Under the pieces are notes generated by a model. That model saw nothing but the letters and a program-made list of their open reading frames with translations. It was not told where the DNA came from and made no database searches. Source: an uncultured Candidatus Saccharibacteria bacterium (lineage in GTDB: Bacteria; Patescibacteriota; Minisyncoccia; Minisyncoccales; CAYVNG01). From it: DNA of 64,000 nucleotides. This document shows, piece by piece, positions 27,655 to 35,219 of this stretch. A program made the translations under genes and the position numbers. The DNA lies in assembly GCA_964452875.1 (NCBI GenBank), contig CAYVNG010000001.1, positions 2,786 to 66,785 of the forward strand, given 5' to 3'. The first letter of the stretch is position 1. Every line of letters starts with the position of its first letter.

Positions 27655-27960
27655 AAAAAAGTTGAGCCCGGATTCGTATCACTTTCTCATGGAGGGTAAC
27701 GCGCGTGCGTTGTTTCTCCGGTGAGCGATGTGTACGAATCCGGGCTTGAATGGTCCGACGGTCCAATTATTTCACGAGAGTTAAAGTACACGCCCTCTAG
27801 GGAGGACGAGTACTACGCCTTATTATTCTGTACAAGGCGTTCCTCCTTTCTGAAGAAGACGGCGTGGCTGGATACGTCCGCTTTATCAACCGACTCCAGC
27901 CGTCCCTTCTCTTTGGATTCTATCGCATAAAGTCCAAAGAGAAGAGGTAAATTGTTTTAC
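27655..27960 (-). ncRNA. Candidate large multi-hairpin ncRNA (~305 nt)
   Basis: Four stem domains; the last is a 14-bp stem followed by U6; consensus promoter upstream; no long ORF. Confidence 0.65.
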
Positions 27961-27966
27961 GCCTAT

Positions 27967-27994
27967 ATTATACATCTTTTGCAATAATTGTCAA
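27967..27994 (-). promoter_or_regulatory. sigma70 promoter TTGACA-16-TATAAT
   Basis: tgtcaa 27989-27994, attata 27967-27972. Confidence 0.78.
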
Positions 27995-28069
27995 GGGATT
28001 GGATATTGCTTGCTAAAGAAAGATTCAGGCTTTAAAATATAAGGAGAAAAGGAAAATAAAACAAAAATC

Positions 28070-28753
28070 ATGTTAGGAATAAAAATAAACAGAGTGGTGA
28101 AGTTCCTGGTTCTGAGCGATCTGGCTTTTTGGGGAGGATGGGGATTGCTGACTCCGGTATTCGCCATTTTCATCGTTGACAGGATCGAAGGGGGATCCGC
28201 CCTGGTCGTCGGCATTGCGGCAGCAGTTTATTGGATCTTCAGGTCTTTTTTCAGGATACCCATAGGCATCATACTGGATACTTGCCCTGGAGAGAAGGAC
28301 GACTATTGGTTTTTGACTGTCGGCTTGGCGATCGCTTCCCTGGTTTCCTTCGGATTCATTTTCGTCACTACTCCGATACAGATATACCTCTTGCAGACGA
28401 TTTACGGGATTTCCATGGCAATGTCGCTTTCCGGCTGGTCTGCCATATTCACCAGGCATATCGGTAAAGGGCAGGAAGCCACCGCCTGGGGGATAGATGC
28501 CACTTTGGTGGGGATGGGGACCGGCATCTCCGGAGCGCTGGGAGGATGGGCGGTGACTCAGTTCGGGTTCGACGCCGTTTTCGTCGCGGTGGGATTGACC
28601 GGCATAATAGGAACGCTGCTGCTTTTAGGGATAAGGAATGACATAAAAGGGGTGTTTGACCGCGGATTTCCGGCCAGCGTGAGGGAAATTTTTCGAAGCG
28701 ATGAAAAACAGGGAAATAGCGAATCTACTTTACGAGATAGCCGATTTTCTTGA
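28070..28753 (+). CDS. Half-size (6-TM) MFS-type membrane protein
   Basis: Six hydrophobic helices, PVFAIF, IPIGIILD, GALGGW..FGF. Confidence 0.75.
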   Translation: MLGIKINRVVKFLVLSDLAFWGGWGLLTPVFAIFIVDRIEGGSALVVGIAAAVYWIFRSFFRIPIGIILDTCPGEKDDYWFLTVGLAIASLVSFGFIFVTTPIQIYLLQTIYGISMAMSLSGWSAIFTRHIGKGQEATAWGIDATLVGMGTGISGALGGWAVTQFGFDAVFVAVGLTGIIGTLLLLGIRNDIKGVFDRGFPASVREIFRSDEKQGNSESTLRDSRFS

Positions 28754-30458
28754 AGCTGAAAACGTTCAGTTCAAGCCCTTTGCCTACAGGAGGGCCGCTT
28801 TCGGGTTAGAGAGCCTTGGGAAGGACGCGAAAGACATATACAAAGAGGAAGGGTTGAGCGGTTTGGAAAATATCCCTGGCGTAGGGAAAAGCATCGCAGA
28901 AAAAATAGAAGAGTATATCAGAAAAGGGAGGATAAAAACCCATGAAAATCTGAAATCGAGGATGCCGATAAAAATGAGGGAGCTTGTTTCGCTTGAGGGG
29001 CTGGGACCCAAAAAGGTCAAGCTTCTTTACAGAAAGCTCGGGGTATCTGACATAAAGAGTCTGGAAAGGGCGGCAAAAAATCATGAGATAGCCAAACTTG
29101 AAGGATTCGGAGAAAAGACGGAAAAGAACATTTTGGAAAGCGTAAGTTTCAAAAAAAAATCTGAAGGCAGGTTCTTAACAGGGGATATTTTAGAGGAAAT
29201 AGAAGAGATGGAAGAGTCCCTCAGAAAATCCGAATACGTCAGGAGAGCCGTTGTAGCCGGATCTGTAAGAAGGAAGAAGGAAACCGTAGGGGACGCTGAT
29301 ATGCTGGTTACAGCGGGCAATTCAAAGAAAGCGATGGATTTTTTCGTCTCCCTGCCAGGAGTCGTCAAGGTGCGCAGCAGGGGAGGGACAAAGGCTTCCG
29401 TGAAAACGAGCAGGGGATTCGATATTGATCTGAGGGTCGTCCCTGAAAATAGCTTTGGAGCGGCTCTCCAATATTTTACCGGCTCCAAGGATCACAATAT
29501 CGTTTTGAGGAAAATCGCCGCAACCAAAGGGCTGAAGCTTTCAGAATACGGCCTTTTTAGGAATAATAAAATGATCGCCGGCAGAACAGAAGAAGGCATT
29601 TACCGCGCCCTGGGCATGAAGTGGATGGATCCTGAGATAAGGGAGAATTCAGGGGAAATAGAGGCTGCAATCAGAGATTTCAAAGGAGAAAAACCAGGGC
29701 TTCCAAGACTCATCGCACATGAGGATATCAAAGGGGATCTTCACTGCCATTCAAGCTGGGCCAGAGGAGCCAACACTGTATGGGAAATGGCTGAAGCCTG
29801 CAAGGAAGCAGGATACGAATATTTTGGCGTTTCAGATCACACTAAATTCCTCAAAATCGAAAAAGGGCTCGATGAAAACGATCTTAGGAAACAGAGACTG
29901 GAGATAGATCGGCTCAACAGGGAGCTTGAGAAGCTTGGAATCAGATTCGCAATCCTTCAGGGGGCTGAAGTCAATATATTGGAAGACGGATCTGTCGACA
30001 TTAAAGACGAAGCCCTGAAAAAGCTGGATTACGTCATAGCCGGGGTCCATTCCAATTTTAAAATGAAAAAAGAGGGCATGACCGAAAGGATCATAACAGC
30101 GATGAAGAATGGGCATGTAAATGTAATATCCCATCCGACAGGCAGGTTGTTTGGAAAGAGGGATCCTTACGAGATTGATTTCGACAGGGTATTGAGGGCC
30201 GCAAAAGTTTACAGCGTCGCCTTGGAGATAAACTCTTTTCCAGAAAGGATGGACTTGAACGACCTTAATATCCGCAGAGCCAGAGAAGCAGGGGTAAAAA
30301 TGGCGATCAATACCGATTCCCATCAGAAGGGCCATCTTGAGAACATGAAAGCGGGGGTCGACCAGGCCAGGAGGGGATGGGCCGAGAAAAAGGACATAAT
30401 CAATTCATGGCCTTTGCCAAAGATAGTTCAATTTTTCAAAAAACCTTATGTCAGTTGA
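28701..30458 (+). CDS. polX: DNA polymerase X with PHP domain
   Basis: MKNREIA, AYRRAA, AGSVRRKKETVGDAD, IDLR, YFTGSKDHN, GDLHCHS, SHPTGR, NTDSH. Confidence 0.95.
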   Translation: MKNREIANLLYEIADFLEAENVQFKPFAYRRAAFGLESLGKDAKDIYKEEGLSGLENIPGVGKSIAEKIEEYIRKGRIKTHENLKSRMPIKMRELVSLEGLGPKKVKLLYRKLGVSDIKSLERAAKNHEIAKLEGFGEKTEKNILESVSFKKKSEGRFLTGDILEEIEEMEESLRKSEYVRRAVVAGSVRRKKETVGDADMLVTAGNSKKAMDFFVSLPGVVKVRSRGGTKASVKTSRGFDIDLRVVPENSFGAALQYFTGSKDHNIVLRKIAATKGLKLSEYGLFRNNKMIAGRTEEGIYRALGMKWMDPEIRENSGEIEAAIRDFKGEKPGLPRLIAHEDIKGDLHCHSSWARGANTVWEMAEACKEAGYEYFGVSDHTKFLKIEKGLDENDLRKQRLEIDRLNRELEKLGIRFAILQGAEVNILEDGSVDIKDEALKKLDYVIAGVHSNFKMKKEGMTERIITAMKNGHVNVISHPTGRLFGKRDPYEIDFDRVLRAAKVYSVALEINSFPERMDLNDLNIRRAREAGVKMAINTDSHQKGHLENMKAGVDQARRGWAEKKDIINSWPLPKIVQFFKKPYVS

Positions 30459-30942
30459 AAAATCGGCAGGCGCCCTGGTCTTCAGGAAAAGAAAGGACAG
30501 GAAAGAATACCTCCTTCTGCATTATCCCCAGGGTTCAAAATCGAAAAAGGATTACTGGGACTTCCCGAAAGGGCACATTGAAGAAGGGGAGACCAGATTG
30601 GATGCTGCGAAGCGAGAGGTGAAGGAAGAAACGGGGATAAAGGACCTGAGGATATTGGAAGGGTTTAAAAAAGGGATAAGATATTTTTTCAGGATTAAAG
30701 ACAAGCCGATTTTGAAAAAGGTGGTCTTCTACCTGGCCGAAACGAAAACCAGGAAAATCAGGCTTTCGAACGAACATATCGGCTTTGCATGGCTTTCTTT
30801 CGCCAAGGCCGTTAAAAAATTGACTTTTGACAATGCCAAAGAAATACTCAAAGAGGCGGATGATTTCTTTTCAAAGAGAAGTCTTCCGAGTCGTCAGAAA
30901 AATACCGAGAGGCAGGGTGATGACCTACAAAGAGGTGGCTGA
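30448..30942 (+). CDS. NUDIX hydrolase (Ap4A hydrolase-like)
   Basis: SAGALVF, WDFPKGHIEEGE....AKREVKEETG, LSNEH. Confidence 0.9.
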   Translation: MSVEKSAGALVFRKRKDRKEYLLLHYPQGSKSKKDYWDFPKGHIEEGETRLDAAKREVKEETGIKDLRILEGFKKGIRYFFRIKDKPILKKVVFYLAETKTRKIRLSNEHIGFAWLSFAKAVKKLTFDNAKEILKEADDFFSKRSLPSRQKNTERQGDDLQRGG

Positions 30943-31114
30943 AAAAGCGGGATTCCCCTTATCTTGGAGGGCGGTCGGGAATGTCCTGCATAAGAACATA
31001 AGCCCTCTTATTCCTTGCCACAGGGTGATTAAATCTGACGGAACGGTCGGAGGATTCAACAAAGGGATTCAGTACAAGAAGATGCTGCTCAGAAAGGAAG
31101 GAATCAAAATATAA
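30860..31114 (+). CDS. MGMT/Ogt-family alkyl-DNA binding protein
   Basis: KIPRGRVMTY, RAVGN, IPCHRVI. Confidence 0.88.
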   Translation: MISFQREVFRVVRKIPRGRVMTYKEVAEKAGFPLSWRAVGNVLHKNISPLIPCHRVIKSDGTVGGFNKGIQYKKMLLRKEGIKI

Positions 31115-31143
31115 AAAAACTGCCCGCAACAAGCGGGCGGTTT
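31113..31143. terminator. Bidirectional intrinsic terminator
   Basis: aaaaaaactgcccgc-aacaa-gcgggcggttt between convergent genes. Confidence 0.8.
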
Positions 31144-31145
31144 CC

Positions 31146-31493
31146 TTATTTCTTCGCTTCTTCAGCTACTTTTTTGAACACTTCTGGATAGCTTTCTGCC
31201 AGTTGGGACAGAATTTTTCTGTCCAGTTCGATCTTGTTTTTCTTCAATCCTGAGATGAATTTACTGTAAGAAATGCCGCTCTGGCGGCAGGCAGCGTTGA
31301 TTTTTATCTGCCAAAGTTTGCGAAATTCTCCTTTTTTCGCCTTCCTGTCCCTGTAAGCGTAAGTCCAGGCATGGTACAAAGCTTCCTTGGCCTGTCTGTA
31401 TTTCGATTTTCTTCCCCATTTGAAACCCTTGGCGTGCTGGAGGACGTTTTTTCTTCGCTTGTGGGCTGTTTTTCCTCTTTTTATTCTGACCAT
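31146..31493 (-). CDS. rplT: 50S ribosomal protein L20
   Basis: MVRIKRG, YAYRDRK, FRKLWQIKINAA, LDRKILS. Confidence 0.97.
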   Translation of the reverse strand: MVRIKRGKTAHKRRKNVLQHAKGFKWGRKSKYRQAKEALYHAWTYAYRDRKAKKGEFRKLWQIKINAACRQSGISYSKFISGLKKNKIELDRKILSQLAESYPEVFKKVAEEAKK

Positions 31494-31512
31494 AGTATTT
31501 TATACAATTGGC

Positions 31513-31701
31513 TTACCACCTACTCAACAGCTTTTTAATTTTTTTGGCTTCGTTCTTGGGCAGATTGACCCATTTCCTGCCTTTCCTGGTCTGCTTGCTG
31601 GTTTTTTTGGCTCTGTAATGATCCTGACCAGTGGCTCTTCTCAGGACTTTTCCATTTTTTGTGATTTTGAATCTTTTGGATATCGATTTTCTTGTTTTCA
31701 T
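31513..31701 (-). CDS. rpmI: 50S ribosomal protein L35
   Basis: MKTRKSISKRFKITKNGK; infC-rpmI-rplT order. Confidence 0.95.
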   Translation of the reverse strand: MKTRKSISKRFKITKNGKVLRRATGQDHYRAKKTSKQTRKGRKWVNLPKNEAKKIKKLLSRW

Positions 31702-32210
31702 GTTGATTTTGATATTATCATCGTGAGGCCCCGGAGCTCTTTTTTGATCCCTCTTTCTATCCTGAAAGGAATCTTTTCCTTCAGCAATCCGAGGAATTTC
31801 TCTATTTTTTCATTGGCGAATTCGCCCAGCGCCTTTTCTCTTCCCCTCAAGCGCATTTCAATCTTCACTTTATTCCCCTGGTTCAGGAATTTTGCGGCGT
31901 TATCCGCTCTCGTCTCAAGATCGTGCAGGGAAATATTAAAAGTCAATCTTATCCCTTTCAAGTCCCCGCCGGTCTTTTTTTCCGTTTCCTTTCTTTTTTT
32001 CTCCAGCTGATAAAGGTATTTTCCATGATCTATTATCCTGCAGACCGGGGGATCGATCCTTTCGGTGACCTGCACTAAATCTAAATTACGCTCCCGGGCT
32101 TTGCGGAGCGCTTCTTCTATCTTTACGACCCCTTCCTGCTGCCCTTCTTCTCCTATCAGCATCACTTCTCTCGCCCTTATTCTGTTGTTTATCAATGGTT
32201 TTTCGTACAA
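31698..32210 (-). CDS. infC: Translation initiation factor IF-3
   Basis: INNRIRAREV, LDLV, PPVCRIIDHGKY, RGRE; TTG start. Confidence 0.95.
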   Translation of the reverse strand: MYEKPLINNRIRAREVMLIGEEGQQEGVVKIEEALRKARERNLDLVQVTERIDPPVCRIIDHGKYLYQLEKKRKETEKKTGGDLKGIRLTFNISLHDLETRADNAAKFLNQGNKVKIEMRLRGREKALGEFANEKIEKFLGLLKEKIPFRIERGIKKELRGLTMIISKST

Positions 32211-32222
32211 ATCCTTTAAAAG

Positions 32223-32565
32223 TGGAGGTGGAGGGATTGAACCCTCGTCCAGAAAGTTTAATGAATTCTCTCTACAGGTTTAGCCGGTTTTTTCTTTTCG
32301 GAGCGCCGGATATGAAACTGGCAAAATTCCGATGCTCCCAGTCCCAGAAGTTCAACAGCCGTTCGGGACGGGTCGGCTGTCTATCCCGAAGATTTGACAC
32401 CCGGCTTCCGCTCATCGGGAGTCGGCGGAGCGGATGGCTTTAAGCGTAAGCTAAAGCGGGTTGTTTGAATAAGTTGGCACTTATTGCTTTCTAGAAGTTT
32501 TGTCAGATTCTAGAATACTGAACCTGCCGAACTCTATAAACGTTCCTGTCGAATCTTTCACCCCC
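32223..32565 (-). ncRNA. ssrA: tmRNA
   Basis: 5' GGGGGUGAAAGAUUCGAC; 3' GAGGGUUCAAUCCCUCCACCUCCA (Ala-type acceptor with G3-U, T-arm); tag (A)ANLFKQPALAYA*; next to smpB; CCA not fully encoded. Confidence 0.93.
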
Positions 32566-33007
32566 GCATCCTCAATTCTCTCTTTATTTTCATATCCAAC
32601 TCCCTCTTTTTTATCAGTTCTCTCTTATTAATGGTTTTTTTCCCTCTTCCTATCCCGAATTCAAGCTTAATTTTTTCTTTTTTAGTATATATCTTTAACG
32701 GGATTAAAGTCAAGCTTTTTTGGCTTGTCTTTCCGATCAAATACCTTATTTCCTCTCTGTTTAAAAGCAGCTTCCTGGGCCGTTTGCTGTCGTAGTTTCC
32801 AGGGGCGTTGGCCGGCTGATAGGCCGGGATGGTCGCTTCCACCCAGAAAAACTCGCCCTTTTTCAGGGAAACGTAGGATCCAGCCAAATTGACGCTCCTT
32901 TCTTTGATCGATTTCACTTCCTGGCCGGTCAAAGATAATCCGGCTTCGAACTTCTCCAGGATCTGGTGGTTGAAATATGCTTTTTTGTTTTCGGCGATTG
33001 TTGGCAT
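32558..33007 (-). CDS. smpB: SsrA-binding protein
   Basis: ENKKAYFNHQI..KFEAGLSLTGQEVKS, RKLLL, GRGKK. Confidence 0.96.
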   Translation of the reverse strand: MPTIAENKKAYFNHQILEKFEAGLSLTGQEVKSIKERSVNLAGSYVSLKKGEFFWVEATIPAYQPANAPGNYDSKRPRKLLLNREEIRYLIGKTSQKSLTLIPLKIYTKKEKIKLEFGIGRGKKTINKRELIKKRELDMKIKRELRMRG

Positions 33008-33463
33008 TTACCTTTTCTCCAATCTTAGCATAAGAAAGAGAAGGGATCTCCAGTAAAGGTTCATCCTTTTGCTCTTCGCCTCCTTAAAGGAATATTTTTC
33101 ATCCTGCTTTTGCACTCTCACGCGGTAAACGGCGACAAGTATCCCGGTCCTGTCCATTCCTTTCCGACAGTGGATCAGAACAGGAATTTTTTCCGGTTTT
33201 TCGAACAGGCTCAAAAAATTGCGGATGCCCTCCTTGTCTGTTCTGCGGAAGATATTCTTGAGGGGGATGTGCATCAGGGATATGCCGTTGTCCCTGGCGA
33301 ATTTTTCCTCGAAATCCTCGACCGCTCCCCTCAGGTCGATTATGGTCTTGATGCCGTATTTCTCTTTGAGATAGCTCAAAAAATAACCGCTTGGCTGGGC
33401 GGACCGGTACAATTTTCCCGGGTCGACGATTTCGAAATTGTAGTTTGACTCCAAAGTTCCCAT
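33008..33463 (-). CDS. Cys-based dual-specificity/tyrosine phosphatase
   Basis: LYRSAQP, IDLR, HCRKGMDRTG (CX5R). Confidence 0.88.
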   Translation of the reverse strand: MGTLESNYNFEIVDPGKLYRSAQPSGYFLSYLKEKYGIKTIIDLRGAVEDFEEKFARDNGISLMHIPLKNIFRRTDKEGIRNFLSLFEKPEKIPVLIHCRKGMDRTGILVAVYRVRVQKQDEKYSFKEAKSKRMNLYWRSLLFLMLRLEKR

Positions 33464-33552
33464 AAAAGAAGCGGTTTTTATTCCATTATACTTCCATTTC
33501 CTTGTTTTTCCAGCGATTGCGTCCGGCCGTTTTAAAAGGTAAAATGAACCTG

Positions 33553-35139
33553 ATGGTGCGCCAGATGATAAAAAAAGAAGTGGAAGAGGCGGTGGAGTCT
33601 CTCCAGAAGGAAAGGGTCTTCCCTGATTTTGAGATGCCTGTCATTGGAGTGGGGCGTTCCCAGAAGCCCGAGCAGGGAGATTATTCCGTCAATGCGGCCA
33701 TGACCATAGCCAAAGAGATCCGAAAAGACCCTTTTGAAACGGCAGAGGTCATCGTTGAAAAATTGAGGCACAAGGAATCGGTTTTCTCCAAGGTGGAATG
33801 CGCAAGGCCGGGATTCGTCAACTTTTTCCTGAAAGAAGAATATCTTCAGGATTATCTCAGAGAAGTGCTGGAAAAAGGAGACAATTTCGGAACTTTGGCA
33901 GGAGGGGGAAAGGTGAATGTCGAGTTCATTTCCGGAAATCCGACCGGTCCTTTGCATATCGGGAACGGGAGGAGCGCATTCGCCGGAGACGTTCTGGCCA
34001 ATGTCTTGGAAAAAAGCGGGCGAGAAGTGGCCAGGGAATATTATATAAACGACGCCACTTCCAGCCTTCAGATTGCCACTATTAAGGACACTGTTTCGCA
34101 GATCGGCAGCGAAGCTGCCAAAGGAACTCTTCCTTATTACACTCCATATCTTGAAGAAAAGGTTTTAACATTGGGTTCTGGGGCGAACATCGACCAAATA
34201 ATCGCTTCTATCCAGGAAGACAACAGGAAATTCATCGCTGAAAAATTGAAGATAAGGTTTGACAACTGGATTTCCGAGAAAAGCGACATCTACGGAAATG
34301 GCGGAACCGAAGATCTCCTCAAATGGCTTTATGATAAAGGCCTGGTTTACGAAAAAGAAGGAGCCATATGGATCAAACTTTCTCAATTCGGCAGCGAAAA
34401 AGACTGGGTGCTGGTCAGAAAGAACGGATTCGGCACATATCTGCTCGGGGACATCGCTTACCATAAAAACAAATTTGACCGCGGTTTTGACAAATTAATC
34501 AACATCTGGGGAGCGGACCACCAGGCTCATGTGAGCAAGATGAAGGCGGCAGCCAGGATGCTCGGCAGGGAAGGGGATCTTGAAATCCTGATACTCCAGC
34601 TGGTGACTCTCAAAGGGAAAGAAAAGCTTTCAAAGAGATCGGGAAAGATCGTCACCTTAGAAGAACTTATCAATGAGATCGGCTTGGACGCGGCGAGATG
34701 GTTTTACCTCCAAAAATCCCTTGATACCCACATGGAAATCGATATCAGCCTGGCGAAAGAGCAGTCTGAAAGGAATCCGGTCTATTACGTCCAGTACGCC
34801 CATGCCAGGATCTGCAGCATTTTCAGGAAAGCTGGCATCAAGGACGTTTCAGCTGAGGACACTCATTTGCTCAGCCATCCTTCAGAACTCCAGCTTTTGA
34901 GGAAGATAACTCTTTTCCCTGAAATAGTAGAAGACACGGCTGAAGACTATCAGATCCAAAGGCTTTCCAAATACGCCTTGGATTTGGCCGGTTCCTTCCA
35001 CCAGTTTTACGGGGACTGCAAAGTGATTTCAGACGACGAAAAAATGACTCGGGCCAGGCTTTCTTTAGCTTTGGGAGCCAGGATCGCCTTAAAAAACACG
35101 CTGTCGCTGATGGGGATATCCGCTCCGGAGCAAATGTAG
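33553..35139 (+). CDS. argS: Arginine--tRNA ligase
   Basis: VEFISGNPTGPLHIGNGR, DIAYH, WGADH, NPVYYVQYAHAR, APEQM. Confidence 0.96.
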   Translation: MVRQMIKKEVEEAVESLQKERVFPDFEMPVIGVGRSQKPEQGDYSVNAAMTIAKEIRKDPFETAEVIVEKLRHKESVFSKVECARPGFVNFFLKEEYLQDYLREVLEKGDNFGTLAGGGKVNVEFISGNPTGPLHIGNGRSAFAGDVLANVLEKSGREVAREYYINDATSSLQIATIKDTVSQIGSEAAKGTLPYYTPYLEEKVLTLGSGANIDQIIASIQEDNRKFIAEKLKIRFDNWISEKSDIYGNGGTEDLLKWLYDKGLVYEKEGAIWIKLSQFGSEKDWVLVRKNGFGTYLLGDIAYHKNKFDRGFDKLINIWGADHQAHVSKMKAAARMLGREGDLEILILQLVTLKGKEKLSKRSGKIVTLEELINEIGLDAARWFYLQKSLDTHMEIDISLAKEQSERNPVYYVQYAHARICSIFRKAGIKDVSAEDTHLLSHPSELQLLRKITLFPEIVEDTAEDYQIQRLSKYALDLAGSFHQFYGDCKVISDDEKMTRARLSLALGARIALKNTLSLMGISAPEQM

Positions 35140-35219
35140 ATGCTTGTCTTTTGAAGGGGAAAACACGGGTAAAGAGCCCTTTTTATTTTTGGAAAAATCT
35201 GGTAGAATGTTAATTACTC

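Noticed and set aside
27503-27930. ORFs 27503-27766 (-) and 27721-27930 (+)
   Set aside because: No RBS, atypical composition, and overlap with yjbQ or the structured RNA
27655-27960. RNase P, SRP or group I/II intron identity for RNA 3
   Set aside because: Diagnostic conserved strings not found by eye; needs a covariance-model search to exclude formally
35140-35219. T-box leader before ileS or other aaRS genes
   Set aside because: Gap too short and no GGUGGNACC T-box; only a weak terminator-like stem and a -10 box
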